Below are positions 36,996 to 50,400 of a DNA stretch of 64,000 bases, one piece after another; position 1 is the first letter of the stretch; every line of letters starts with the position of its first letter. The translations under genes were made by a program, and so were the position numbers. The notes beneath the pieces are model-generated. The model saw nothing but the letters and a program-made list of their open reading frames with translations. It ran no database searches and was not told the DNA's origin. The stretch is taken from the NCBI RefSeq assembly GCF_028641065.1, contig NC_073408.1, positions 1,674,001-1,738,000 of the forward strand, read 5' to 3'. Source of the DNA: Leucoraja erinacea (taxonomy: Eukaryota).

Positions 36996-38422
36996 CTGGA
37001 CAGGAAGAAAATAAAAAAAACACATTCAGTGCATAATTAAGAATCACAAAAGAATATGTTTTACCAAAAATAAATTGTAAAAATGCGTATTTGTGCCGTA
37101 ATATTTAGAAGGAAATTTGATGAAGAAATTAGCCCAACTTTGTCTATGAGTAAACACAATCAAACACAGATTACAATAAAGTATCAATGCATTTTAGAAG
37201 GATGAGGGGCAACCTCATTGAAACTTACTGAATAGTGAAAGGCCTGCATAGAGTGGATGTGGAGAGGATGTTTCCACAAGTGTGGGAGAGTCTAGAATTA
37301 GATACCTTGGCCTCAGAATAAAAGGACTTTCCTTTAGGAAGAAGATGAGGAGGAATTTCTTTAGACAGAGGGTGGTGAACCTGGAACTCATTGCCACAGA
37401 CGGCTGTGGAGGCCAAGTCAATGGATATTTTTAAGGTGGAGATTGAGAGATTCTTGAGGGAGAAGGTTAACAGATTCTTGATTAGTGCGGGTGGCAGGGG
37501 TTGTGGGGAGAAGGCAGGTGATTGGAGTTGACAGGGAAAGATAGATCAGCTGCGATTGAATGGCGGAGTAGACTCGAAGGGCCAAATGGCCTAATTCATC
37601 TATCACTGATGAAAATGATGATGATTGGAAAATTAGCAAAGAAACTCATACACTCACAGGCACAGATCTGGAAATTCTTGCTCTGCTTAAAGCTTAGTTA
37701 ATATGAACAGAGGTTCTGATCATGTTTTGCAGTTAAATATTAATTTGCAAGGAAACAGCCTGGTTGGACAAAATAGAAAGAAAGACTGGGAATTGGAGCT
37801 GTTTTTAATACAGTAGACATAATGAAGGGATGAATTGAATATGTGTAATATGATGTTGAAAGCATTTTGTTTCTCATGACTGAGATCAGCATGAGGGTAA
37901 ATTAAAATATAGTTAGACTACCCCGATATTTAAAGTGGAGGATTGCGGCATAGACCATATCCTAAGGGTTAGGATGACATAGAATGGTAACACAAGTTAT
38001 CTGAGGAAACTGAATACAACATCACATGTTGAGCCTCAGGATAAATCCCTGCATACTTTGTCATAGGTTCATAGTGTGGAAACACACTCTTCAACCCAAC
38101 TCATCCATGCTGACCCATCAAAGCTGCTCACATTTGCCCATATTTGGCCCGTATCCCTCTAAACCTTTCCTATCCATGCACCTGTTCAAATATATTTTAA
38201 ATGCTGCTGTAGTATCTGCCTCAACTACCTCCTCGGTCAGCTCATTCCATATTCCCACCACCCTCTCAAATTTTGTTTTCACTAAGCCAGAGATTTTTCA
38301 GTTATCCATTCCTATATTTGTGTTGCTTTAAGAATGAAAAATCACATTTTAAGCAGACCCATGAGTGCAATGCTCAGAGTAGTCCAACCTTTTATTTTTT
38401 AATAATAAATAAGAAGCAATAC

Positions 38423-38566
38423 CTTCTTTTAATTGTTTTTTGTTCATGTCTTTGAAGCAGCCTACTTTAGTTTTTCCTTCATTCAGGACGATCAAAACGT
38501 ATTGCTGCCTGTCCCGCAAAATCACCGTGTCCTTGTGGGAAAACTCCAAACAGTCTTCTGCGTAAT
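38423..38566 (-). CDS. IL18: IL18 exon with caspase cleavage site and first beta strands
   Basis: tttag|AT...GAAG|gtattg, 144 nt; DYAEDCLEFSHKDTVILRDRQQYVLIVLNEGKTKVGCFKDMNKKQLKE aligns by eye with LESD/YF...VIRNLNDQVLFI...FEDM of human IL-18. Confidence 0.85.
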
Positions 38567-39000
38567 CTAAACCAAAATAAACTGCATCAAAACAGTTTCA
38601 CGGACAGCAATTTGCCAAACCACCTCTCTTGTAACCTTCAACAGAAATTCACCCAAACTTGCGAGCTCCATCCCATAGGATTCAAGTAGACAGAACAACA
38701 CTCTCTCATCCAAGTCATGTACTACGCTGATCAGGAGATTCATCTGCCGTTGCCTCATGAGATTTTCTTCACCACATGAACTACAGCAGATCAGGAGCCT
38801 GGTAGTGAGCCATCTTCACAAGTGCCGCTACACATAGACAATAAACAGAATCTTCATGCAAAAATGGCCAGATAAGGAAATAATATTTTTGGCTAAGAGA
38901 TAGCCAAGGCTTGCCGTTCATAGGCCAGGGGTTGGACTTCTCGTCTACTCGATAGAGTTTGAACATTTTTACAACAGACAAAGAGTCATTTCAGTCATAC

Positions 39001-39300
39001 TTTAGTTTAGTTTAGAGATCCAGTGGGAAGCAGGCCATTCGGCCCACGAGTCTGTGCCGACCAGCGTTCCCTGTACACTAGCACTATCCTACACACACAC
39101 ACACACAATTTGCATTTATTCCGAGCCAATTAACCGACAAAGCTATACCTCTTTGGAATGTGGGAGGAAACTGGAGATCCAGGAGAAAACCCAAGCAGGC
39201 CATGGGGAGAACGTACAAACTCTGCACAGACAGCACCCGTAGTCAGGATCGAACCCGTATCTGTGGCGCTGTGAGGCAGCAACTCTACCGCTGCACCACT
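39001..39300 (-). mobile_element. HE1-like V-SINE
   Basis: Reverse complement of the 35357-35668 family; B box GGTTCGATCC intact. Confidence 0.8.
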
Positions 39301-39936
39301 CAGGCAACACATTTAATTTCTTGATTGCACTGGCATCTCTAGGTGGTAAACATTAATCAATAGGACTTCTCTGCAGTGACACCCAGGACAGCGGGAAAAC
39401 AAGGAGCATTAAACAGAACTGAATTGTTTTGTTTTTAAGTAATTGAAGGATTTGGTTGTTAGTAATAGAAATAAATGTCTGCCAGCTGACAATTATCAGG
39501 TCAGGTGTGAAGAACTATCGGCTGATAATAGGCCCAAAGAGCAATGATGGGATCAAGAGGAGAGGACAGGAGGGCACATCATGAAACCCCCATTTTATCA
39601 AAGAATATCTGGCCATTGATACCACAACGTTGTCTGCGGGAGCTCTCAGAGGTCCATCTGGCTGCTGTGCCTCCTCCATGTTAACCATAATTTTGCTTCA
39701 GGTTCAATGTGAAGAGATTTGAGACATCTCAAGGTAGGTAAAACCCAATGTAAAAATTGAATTTATTTCCCAAACAATTTAGAATAAATTTAAAGGCGCA
39801 GCAACGACAGTGAAAAAGTACTAAAAGGAAACTTTAAATAGGGATGAGGAAATTATATTTCTGAGCAATGTTATGGGATGGATTAATGAATAGATTCTCA
39901 TTAAGATTTGAATATCTGAAATATTTCATATCTTAC

Positions 39937-39948
39937 CTTCTAGTACTT
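39937..39948 (-). CDS. IL18: IL18 12-nt microexon (E-V-L-E-D)
   Basis: Long polypyrimidine tract, ctag|AAGTACTAGAAG|gtaaga; 12 nt, phase 1-1; same size and position as the acidic microexon of mammalian IL18. Confidence 0.8.
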
Positions 39949-40631
39949 CTAGATGTTTGATGTAAGGGAAAGAGAGAGAAAGAATTAACAAAACATTAAC
40001 CAATCGATTAAAAATTAGTTATGAGCACACGGTTCAAGTCGGAACACAAAAATTGTTGTTTCCTAATATCTAGTAATCAAAAGCACTACACAGAATATAT
40101 TAGTTTTAATATTTACTTAATATGAATAAGCTTATAAAAAGAGTCGATTTCAGTTTTGTTTATTTTTGTCATGAGTACCGAGGTACAGTGAAAAGCTTTC
40201 AATAGCTTTAGAGATTCAGTGGGAAGCAGGCCATTCGGCCCACAAGCTTACAGCCCAACAGCTTAAAGTGAAAAGTGAAAAGCTTTCAATAGCTCTCCAG
40301 TGAAAAAGACTATTCCAGAATACAATCCTGAATACACCTACAGATAAAGGGTATAACATTTAGTGCTAGATAAAATATTGACCATAAAGTTGAATCAAAG
40401 AAAGTTCAAAGGTCTCCAATGAGGTAGATGGGAGGTCAGGACCACTCTCTAGCTAATTAGATTCTCTGGGTTGTGAATCTTAGCCAATTTCACCTCACTT
40501 AGATAACGATAGGATAGAACATTATTTATCGCAGGAGGGAAATGAGTCTGTCAACAGTCATAAAACACAGCAAGATATGGGAAATTAAAGGGACGAGTGG
40601 ATAGTCCAGGACTGGGGATGTGCAAAGAGGT

Positions 40632-40672
<41 letters not shown>

Positions 40673-41699
40673 GATCAGTCTACCCCACAACAGAAGGGGG
40701 AGCAGTTGTACAGTTTGATAGCCACAAGGAAAAAGAATCCCCTGTGGTGTTCAGGTTTTTACAGTATATTGGTAAATTATAAAACAGGTATAAAAGAAAG
40801 CTACCTATACATTGCCAACGGCTCCTCCTCTCTGTAGCTCTCTACTTCATGAAACAGTTTGTATCTGTGTGTGGCAGTACTATGTGCACGTCTGACATCA
40901 ACCTATTTGGAGTCAGTGTATTCCATAGAAAATTTGAATTGTTCCCTGTTGTCGAGCCAGTTAAGCTCACATCCGGAGTAAATTAAAAAAGGCAATCAAA
41001 ATCCTTCCCTTCAATAAACAAACATTGCATGGAGATAACGCTCAGTTAAATTGCTCAGACCAAATTTCTTGCTTGACTTAGCAAATATTTCAACTTGGCT
41101 TTCGAACCACGATCTTGTGCTCCAAGTCAGAAAGTTCACAGTTCATGCCGAGGATATGTGGAAATACTGCAACTCTGAAAACGTCCATGCATGTTGTGCA
41201 TTTAGATTTTCGAAAGGCCTGTGATTAGGTATTGCGTGGGGGTGGGAAGATTGCAACAAATGCAATCAACCTGGCGTGCACAATCAAATAAGATCAAATA
41301 GAACAAGTTGACCTACAACTTTAGGCTGTGCACGCCATACACAAGAAGGAGAAGGTACCGTGTGAAATGGGTGGACAGGAGGATGGGGACTGAACTTTGT
41401 GCCTTCCCCCACAGTGGGAATCACTGTGGGGGGATGTTTTATGTTTGTTGTTGAATTTCTTCATGAATACTTTGTTGTATTTTTATTAGTGTGCTGCAAG
41501 GACATCTGAATTTCCCCTGAATAAGGGGATTAATAAAGTCTAATCTAATCTAATCGAAATGCTTGATCATTAAATTAATTGGTAATAATAAGCATGATAA
41601 TAATGGGAAGTGCACTTCAATAGGACATGGGTAGGTCTGACTAACACATTAAGATATGGTACAAAAACAGGCTACTCCACATGGTTATGCTGGTGTTTA

Positions 41700-41970
41700 T
41701 TAGTTTAGTTTAGTGAAACAACGGGGAAACAGGCCCTTCGGCCCATCGAGTCCATGCCGACCAGCAATCATCCCGTACATTAGCACTATCCTACACAATA
41801 GGGATATTTTACAATTCATTACCAAAGCCAATTAACCTACAAACCTGTACGTCTTTGGAATGTGGGGGGAAACCGGAACTCCCAGAGAAAACCTATGTGG
41901 TCACGAGGAGAACGTGCAAACTCCATAAAGACAGCACCCGAGGTCAGGATGGAACCGGAGTTCTACCTCT
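41700..41970 (-). mobile_element. HE1-like V-SINE (5' truncated)
   Basis: Same family, (CTAAA)n tail. Confidence 0.78.
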
Positions 41971-42309
41971 GCTGTTGTGATTCCACCAAAAGAAAAATAA
42001 CCATGCTTCAAAAGTATTCAGTGCTTTGGAATATGCTCCATTTGCCAAAATCTCCCAGAAATGATATCATGACTCGAATCCTCGGCTGAATCTTTGCTCT
42101 CATTTCATTTCAAGAATTTCATTGTCCTATCTGGGACATATGACAATAAAACAAGCTTGACTCTTCACTTCCTACTGCAGCCGAGAGTGCCTTTGATGTA
42201 CATGGGCATTCCAGGCTGGATCAGATCGAGTGTGACCTTCCCACACATTCACCCACAAACCTGTTCCCAGGCTCCAGTAACTAATTGTGACTGACTAAAT
42301 CGAGCTTAC

Positions 42310-42361
42310 CTTCAAACCACAAGACACCATCCATGAACTCAACTAGCCTCATTTTCTGCAT
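42310..42361 (-). CDS. IL18: Interleukin-18, first coding exon (pro-domain)
   Basis: Acceptor at 42372, ACAATG; MQKMRLVEFMDGVLWFE + G|gtaagc, 52 nt; resembles the IL-18 pro-peptide motif FIDNTLYF. Confidence 0.8.
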
Positions 42362-43643
42362 TGTTGCTGATTCTTGCAAGATAAAAGACAGAAGAATACT
42401 ACATGGTTATGAAAGGAAAAGTTTAAGCATGGCTTAATTTTATTTACCCAATTTAAAACAGAAAATACTCAATAAATGCTGGCTCACGACTGATGCCAGA
42501 TCCCAAACTTTCAAAAAAACATCTCTTGAAGAAAGTTAAATTGTATGTGCGACTTGTTTTTTGCATTCTGATGAACTAATGTTTTGACCTTTTAAAAAGG
42601 TGAGATTTTGGTTTTTTTTGTCACTTTTTTTTTAACCTTTCTGCCTCATTGATTGTTATCTCTCGATCAATGGATTCCCCCCCCCCCCCCTTCTCTTTAA
42701 GTACTTGATTGACTCAGATTTAATTCCTAGACCTCGCCAACCTTTGAGTGATATTTCAATCCTCTAATCTCAATACTTAAGGAGGGTATTATTAAAACAT
42801 ATGAAGTGAGTAGACCAAGTTACATTGGAAGACCACACAAACACTCAGGAATAGTTGCTTTCCGAGAATTATATCTACCATAAATTCAAATTCACACATG
42901 CACTGACTACACCGCCCAACACGGACTTCCATCTGTATATATGTATATATGATATATGTATATATGTCCCCCCCCCATCTCCCTTCTGTTTTTTGTTTTT
43001 TTTCTGTTTCTTGTTTTTTTTTTTGTGCTAAATTGTATGTATGCACTGAGTACGAGCAGCTTTCAGTTTCACTGTACATGTATAGTGACAATAAATGGCA
43101 TATATATATCTATGCATATATATAATAGACAATTGGTTTCTTGGTCCTCCAAAATATTCCAAATGGAATTTGAACTGGAGGTGCCATCAACAAATTGAAC
43201 AAACATCCCTTTTGTGCCTGTGGTCAAGACATTGACATACACTGTGGTCACAACAACATGCCCTGCGGTCCGCTATGACCTCTATCTCGCCAACTAGAAA
43301 AAATACCCATTTATACCTGTTGTTAATTTCCTGTTGATCAAATCTTCCCAGGGTTACACCTTACCACTGATCAGACATGATTTCCTTCTCAAAAAAACCC
43401 AATGGCCTGGAATTTTTTCTTCACGCTCTGCTCCAACGTCATCAATAATAGCCCCTAACTTGTGTGGTCCTAAGTGGTTAGCAGATGCATCCTTCCTCTC
43501 TCCCTCCATGTTCGAACGAAGGAAGGACATTTGCTATTTACCAATCTAGTGGAACCTTTTAAATCCAGGGAACCTTGGGAAATTAAACCCTTCAGTTATC
43601 ACACTCGCCACTTCTTTTTATGAGGTTTATCAGGTCCCTGAGA

Positions 43644-43955
43644 CTGAAGAGTGGTCTCGACCCGAAACGTCACCTATTCCTTCGCTCCATAGATGCTGCC
43701 TCACCCACTGAGTTTCTCCAGCATCTGTGGAGCGAAGGAATAGGTAACGTTTCGGGTCGACCCTTCCGGGACCCTTCAGTCAGAAGAAGGGTCTCGACCC
43801 GAAACGTCACCTATTCCTTCATCAGTCAGAAGAAGGGTCTCGACCCGAAACGTCACCTATTCCTTCGCTCCATAGATGCTGCCTCATCCGCTGAGTTTCT
43901 CCAGCAATTTTATCTACCTTCGATTTTTCCAGCATCTGCAGTTCCTTCTTAAACA
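43644..43955 (+). mobile_element. pLTR-derived element with three direct hammerhead-like cores
   Basis: C(T/A)GAAGA..GGTCTCGACCCGAAACGTCACC at ~43644, ~43781 and ~43828; flanked by GGTCCC(T/A)GAGA. Confidence 0.8.
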
Positions 43956-44464
43956 GGTCCCAGAGACTGTTCAGCAGTGATTACGAAGACAAACTTCTTG
44001 TCAGAGCTTATCTGGGAACAGTCAGGCACATTGCACTTTGTCCCAATAAATTAGGGTTCCATTTAATGAAAGTTGTGATTCAGGCTCTAACCCTCTAATA
44101 ACTTGTTGCACGTGCCCCAAGGTCATATTTGCATGATTCATGATGCCAATCGAACTGATCTGTGGTATGAAGAAGGATCCCGACCCAAAACACCAGCCAC
44201 TCTTTTCCTCCAGAGATGCTGCCTGAGCCGCTGAGTTACTCCAGCACTTTGTGATTAGCATGATGCCAAGATGTATATCAGCTAGGTGTGACTGTACATA
44301 TAATGGCCTTCAGGTGTATTATTGCATAACATGGAGGATGCAAAACAGGAAGTTGCACAGACCCGCCCAATACTATCTGTGATTACTTTCTGCTAGCTGC
44401 AATTATGATGCAAATGAAGGTGGAATTTCTAGCCTTAGGTTTTGATCTCGAGCTGAAAATAAAA

Positions 44465-44790
44465 AAAACAGAAATGCTGGAAGAACTCAACCAGTTAACC
44501 AACATCTGCGGAACGAGAACCCAGTCAATGTTTCTGGTCACTGACCAATCCGCAGGACACAAAGAAAAGACACAAAAGTGCTGGAGTAACTTAGCGTTTC
44601 AGGCGGAGTCCGTCAATAACCTGGGTCAGTAGAGGAACGGATAAAAGGCGGTTAAAATTACTAGCAATTGGGAGATCCAGTTGGCCTTGGTGGACTGAGC
44701 GCAAGTGTTTAGTAAAACTGTCGCCGAGTCTACACTGGGTCTCACCGATGTAAAGGAGGCCACATCGGATGCAATAGAACCCTTCCTCAC
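44465..44790 (-). mobile_element. Degenerate Penelope-like fragments (GIY-YIG)
   Basis: Minus strand FYCIRCGLLYIGETQCRLGDSFTKHLRSV plus pLTR-like pieces. Confidence 0.75.
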
Positions 44791-46649
44791 ATCTGGATGG
44801 GCAGGTGGAGGGCTTTGCAGTTTTCAAAGCAGAGCTGTGGGCAGTAAGGTACAAGAAAGCACAGTAGATCAGGTGACCAGAGGACAAGGAGCATAAGTAC
44901 TGACCATCAGCAAGCCAGAGAAAGGGACACTAGCATGAGAGAACAGTTTACCTGCAGTTGGAGACTTAGGGTTAGGGCGAGGATTACCCTAATCGTAATG
45001 CATGATGTTTTTCCTTTTCCCCTGACTCTCAGTCTGAAGAAGGGACTTGACCCAAAATGTCACTTATTCCATTTCTCCAGAGATGCTGCCTGTCCCACTG
45101 AGTTACTCTAGCGCTTTGTGTCTATTTTAAATGTTATAATGATCTCAGAAGATGCTGGAGAGCTGAATCAATGTTAAAGTGGACAGTCGATGCAATAACA
45201 ATGAATGTCATTCGTTATTTAGATATCTTGCAAACATCCCAGTGTAGTCGTGAAATGTGCGCGGCGATACTAGTTGCTCCTGTACACAGGTGTTCCACAA
45301 CTGTTACCACATGTTGAAGTTTGTTTAAGAATAAGGGGTAAGCCATTTAGAACTGAGACGAGGAAACATTTTTTCTCACAGAGAGTGGTGAGTCTCTGGA
45401 ATTCTCTGCCTCAGAGGGCGGTGGAGGCAGGTTCTCTGGATGCTTTCAAGTGAGAGCTAGATAGGGCTCTTAAAAATAGCGGAGCCAGGGAATATGGGGA
45501 GAAGGCAGGAACGGGGTACTGATTGGGGATGATCAGCCATGATCGCATTGAATGGTGGTGCTGGCTCGAAGGGCCAAATGGCCTACTCCTGCACCTATTG
45601 CCGATTGTTTCCAAAAATCATTCACCCAATTCATCAGTCTACTGCGTCAGAGGGAACTGCAGATGTTGGTTTAAACCAAAGATAGACACAAAAGACGAAC
45701 TGAGGGAGGTTCTCTACCCAAAACGACACCTATTCCGTTTCTCCAGAAATGTTGCCTGACCCACTGAGCTACTCCAGCACTCTGTGTCTGTTCTTCAGTA
45801 AAGAGTCATAACCTCCACCAGCCATTGAGGATTGAGAACCCGCGCCGATACAAGTCTCAGCGTGTTCTGAGTAAATCACAACACATTCAAGGTGGCTATT
45901 CTTGCAACTTTTGCTATGCTTAGCTCGCTCTGTATTCATGCTGTAATCCATGTCGCAATACAATAAGCAACGCTCCGTTCCTACCTCAAATAACCAGGCA
46001 TCGCCTCCGACAGAGTTCTCACCCGGCAGAAGATGCCCACAGTCCAGCCAGCCGCTCTCTCTAAGCCGCCTCCATCTATACGGGACTGCTCGCAACCCGG
46101 AGCGGACCTGTCCACTGTATAGAAACGTGTCTGCAATCCACGTGTGGGCTAACTCATGACTGTCACAAAGATAGACACCAAATGCTGGAGTAACTCAGCG
46201 GGTCAGCCAGGCAGCATCTCTGGAGAGAAGGAATGGACTGTTTCACACCGAAGAAGGGTCTCGACCCGAAACGTCACCTATTCATTTTCCCCTAGAGATG
46301 CTGTCTAACCCGCTGGGCTACTCCAGCATTTTGTGTCTATCACAAGTTTAACACGTCACTGCTTTCCAATTCATTCCCTTCAGCAGCAAGGAAACAACCA
46401 CATACTGTTCTTTAGAAGAATTTTAAAAACCGCTCCTATTTGGAAGTCAAAATGATCGCCGTCAGGTTAAAGTTACCTACCTCTGAGGGTCTAACAGTTG
46501 CGTGTCCTCTCGCCACTGAGCGCACCCCGTCTTAGAGCAATCTATTTATTCCAAGAATCTGCCCATTGTAAACAAGATTCCACCCCCGCACCGCTTCAGT
46601 GGTCACCTCTGCCAACAAGCGTCACTGCCATCTGCTGGACGTGCAGGAC

Positions 46650-46687
46650 CAAAGATCTTATAGCAGAGCTCTGCTATAGGATCTTTG
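46650..46687. mobile_element. 38-bp palindromic micro-MITE with 8-bp TSD
   Basis: TGCAGGAC-[CAAAGATCTTATAGCAGAGCTCTGCTATAGGATCTTTG]-TGCAGGAC. Confidence 0.85.
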
Positions 46688-47135
46688 TGCAGGACCACAT
46701 GTCTCACCTTTCATTGCAGACCGGGGAACATTACGCTGGAAATCAGAATCAGAATCCTACTTTATTCGCCAAGTATGTTTTGCAACATTCAGTCATACCA
46801 ATAAAAAGCAACGGAACACACACAAAATACATTTTAACATTCACTACAGCGACTTCTCCACATTCCTCACTGTGATGGAAGGCGAAATAAATGTCCCACC
46901 CTTCTTGGAAATCCAAAAATAACATAGAATTCGCCGGAGATTGGGCAAGAATCTACAGATTAGGTCAGATACATACATATATACATTGACAATAGGTGCA
47001 GAAGTAGGCCATTCGGTCCTTTGAGCCATTCAATGTGATCATGGCTGATCATCCACATTCCTGCCTCCTCCCCATATCCCTTGATTTTACTTCGGAGTCA
47101 CGTGAGTTGGACAAGGTGAAGAGAAAACGGACCTG

Positions 47136-47425
47136 GACCGCAGGCTGCCGCGGGGAACCAGGTAGGTCCCGGCAGCCGGCAACTCTAAACGTCCAGCGGT
47201 TCCAGGAACGCAGGCTGTCAGGAACCGGGTAGGTCCCGACAGCCGACAGCCACCAGCAAAGATCTTATATGCTATAGGATCTTTGGCCACCAGCGGATCC
47301 AGGAACCGCAAGGCTGCGGGGAACTAGGAAGGTCCCGGCAGCCGACAGCCACCAGCCCCGAGTTACCAGCTGTTCCAGGAACGCAGGCTGCGGAGAGCCA
47401 GGTAGGTCCCGGCAGCCGATAGCCG
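47136..47425 (+). repeat. ~60-70-bp tandem repeat in the DIRS 5'/gag region
   Basis: About four copies of CGCAGGCTG..GGAACCAGGTAGGTCCCGGCAGCCG. Confidence 0.8.
47257..47285. mobile_element. 29-bp palindromic micro-MITE with 8-bp TSD, nested in DIRS
   Basis: GCCACCAG-[CAAAGATCTTATATGCTATAGGATCTTTG]-GCCACCAG. Confidence 0.85.
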
Positions 47426-50400
47426 GGTACCACCGGCGCAGGCTGAGCCAGCTGTATACCTGGAAACAACGCAGCGGTCTGCAGGCAGGCAGGCAGGAGT
47501 CGGTCCGGCCAGAAGGGGTTACTAAGGTCCACTTACCGACTCCAAGCTGAATCCAGCGCCATGAGTCGTACAGCTCAAAGCAGCGCAGCAGGCTGGAGGC
47601 AAAGCCCAGCAGGATTCAGCCCGGCCGATCATACTCATCTGAGTCCGGCCGAAGGGGCGCGCTGCCCGAGTGCAGCAGAGGTCCGCCCGTGACTTGCCCT
47701 GGGAGATGGAGCAAGCTCACTATGGGAGTCTTCTCACTCCCACAACAGCACCTTATCGAGGGCTGTAAAACAATGCATCTCCCTCGATAGAGGAATGCGT
47801 TGTGGACCAGGGCTGGGCTGGTCCGGAAGAAGGGGACGTGGCTGAAGAAAACGACAGTGTGCAGGGGGTGCAGAATCCTAAGGAGCTACTGGGAGTGATC
47901 ACCAAAATTACAGATCAACGAAAAGTACCATTACAGACCAAGCTGGCGGCCAGCATCGACTACCTGTACTTCCATCTTCTGCAGGAGCAGGCAACAAAAT
48001 TACGCAGAAGTATAGGCCTCCTGTGAAATTTACTTCGTTTTAAAAATGCCTGCAGCAAACAATGCGATCTGGGTTGTACAGTGGGACTGGCACAAAAACC
48101 CAGGAGGTCAAACTACAGAAGATTTCAAAACTTCTGACAGCGGGCATATGATTGGTTGCTCGCCCAGACGATGGTACAGAGAAAAGCTCGACAAAGAGAT
48201 TAAAGCCGTCGGGCTCATAACAGCGTCATCAGCAACGACAGCACCCCTATGCAACCACCAGCAGGTGAAAGCATGAGGGCCGCGCAGCACCATGAAGGTC
48301 CTTTCAGGCCAAGGCCCAGAGCGACCCTCATGGAAAATGTGCCAACCCCGCACTCCGGCGCCTCTTCCGCAGAAGAGGCAGAAATTGAAGAAAGGGACGT
48401 ACCACCGGCAACCAGGTAAGTAGGTGGATCTGGTTCCTTCCAGAACATAAAGGTGTATGACCTGTACTAACAGGGGGAATATTACACTTGTTTTGGGAGA
48501 CATGGAGGGATCGTTGTCGACACCCAAAATTTATCTGGATGGGGCAACTATGGCAGGGCATAGCGCTGCCTAATGGTCTAACTTCAGCCCCAAGACTTTT
48601 CACCAAGATATTAAAACGGGCCTTGGCAATATTAGAAACAAAAACATATTGTCATGGCATATCTTGATGATATATCAATTGTGGGGAAAAAACCCTGATC
48701 TTGCTAAATCAGCAGTTTTAGCTACCAAACATAGGGTGAAACTCTGGGGTCATCTCCATCCAGATAAATCTAAGTCGACGGCATCCACAACTGGAATTTC
48801 TGGGATTTACAATTAACGTTATCCATATGTCTGTAACATTGCCAAAGAGTAAAGCAGACTTGGATAAACCTACAAAATAATTAATTACTAAAAACACTGG
48901 TGTTGGGTGCGTTTTATGGTCTAAAAGCCTACTGCTAACAATGCACCATCTGCATGTCCGCCTACAAATTGATAATATCACAGTGGTGGCATATATTAAT
49001 CATATGGGAGAAAAGATCGATACCATGTGTCAATCTGGCCAATATATTTGGCTATGGTGTGTTAACATACATAGTTGACTATTAGCAAACTTACCTACCA
49101 GGTAAGTAATACTGAGGCACACACCAGGTCATGAAAATTCAATGACAACATCGAATGGCTGTTGGGCCACAAAAAAGTTGCTGATATTACCAAAAGAGGG
49201 ACACCAGATATCGATCCATTTGCATCTAGACCCAATCACCAGTTACCAACATATGCCGCTTGTGAACCACACTTGGGGCAGCAGCAATGGACGTTACTCA
49301 CTTAATGCGGAATAATTGTTTACAATGTTTTTCCCTCCTGCTTCATCAGTCGGATCCGAAGCAAAAACACATATGGACTCAACATCAAGTGTCTTGAAAG
49401 TACCTGATTGGCCTACACAGCCATGGATCCCTGTGGTCTCGGACATAGTTTCTGAACCATAGTCCACCATGCTAGATCCGGGCTGGCGGACAGGACCATG
49501 AGCGTGATCACGGCGGCCTATCAAGAATCAACAAGGGCTGGTGTAGCGTATAATACAGCGACAATCACCAACGTCCTGGGAATTCCTATCCAGCCTTCAT
49601 GTAGATGAAGGACTGAGCTGCAGTACTATAATTATACAAGAGTGCCCTGTCAGCTTGTTGGTGGCAGGCGCCACGACAACTCTCCATGGGATCTCACCCT
49701 CTAGTTGTCAAACTTATGAGGATTATTTCAACACCAACCCTCCTAGAGGGAAGTACTCCCAGATATGGGACGTCAGTGTTGTACTAACATTGCTAGGGGC
49801 ACCAGCAATGTCCCTGTCCCTGGGGGGGGGGACTGACATTTAAAAACAGTATGCTGATAGTACTGGTCTCATCTCTAGGGGTCCAGTTTCTACATAAACT
49901 GAGACTGGGATAAATGATGGCATCTCCATAAAAGATAACTTCACATATTAGAGCTTGTTAAACAAGATAGACGATGATCATCAGGACAACATTTGGAATT
50001 CCAGATATACCCAACTGACACCCGACTATGTGTAATGACACACCTTTTATTATACCTTAAAACTACTAAAACTTAAGAGGAAGTAAATTAGCACTATGGG
50101 CAGCCATAAACAGCCTAATGGCCGGGTATCAGCACTACCATCGCTAGATGGCTCAGACAGGCTTGGGAGCTGCTGGGGTGGATACTGACATCTTAAGTTT
50201 CTATCCACAAGGGCAACAGCAACACCGGCAGCTAGAGACAAGGAAGTGCCTATGGACCATATCCTGGAAACAGCAGGATGGTCTAGAGAAAAACCTTCCA
50301 ATTCTTTATAATAAGCCAATAACCAAACCTGCGGTATTGCAGAATCAAGTTGGAATTCTGCAATATATTTAGCCCTGGGGAGGATTATTTTGTTAAAATA

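Noticed and set aside
38781-38981. ORF MFKLYRVDEKSNPWP... as a possible IL18 exon
   Set aside because: Wrong position in exon order and no suitable splice sites; the true exon is 33786-33937.
40634-40671. Long poly-G run (also poly-C at ~53520-53551 and ~59871-59896)
   Set aside because: Simple homopolymers of unreliable length; no supportable function.
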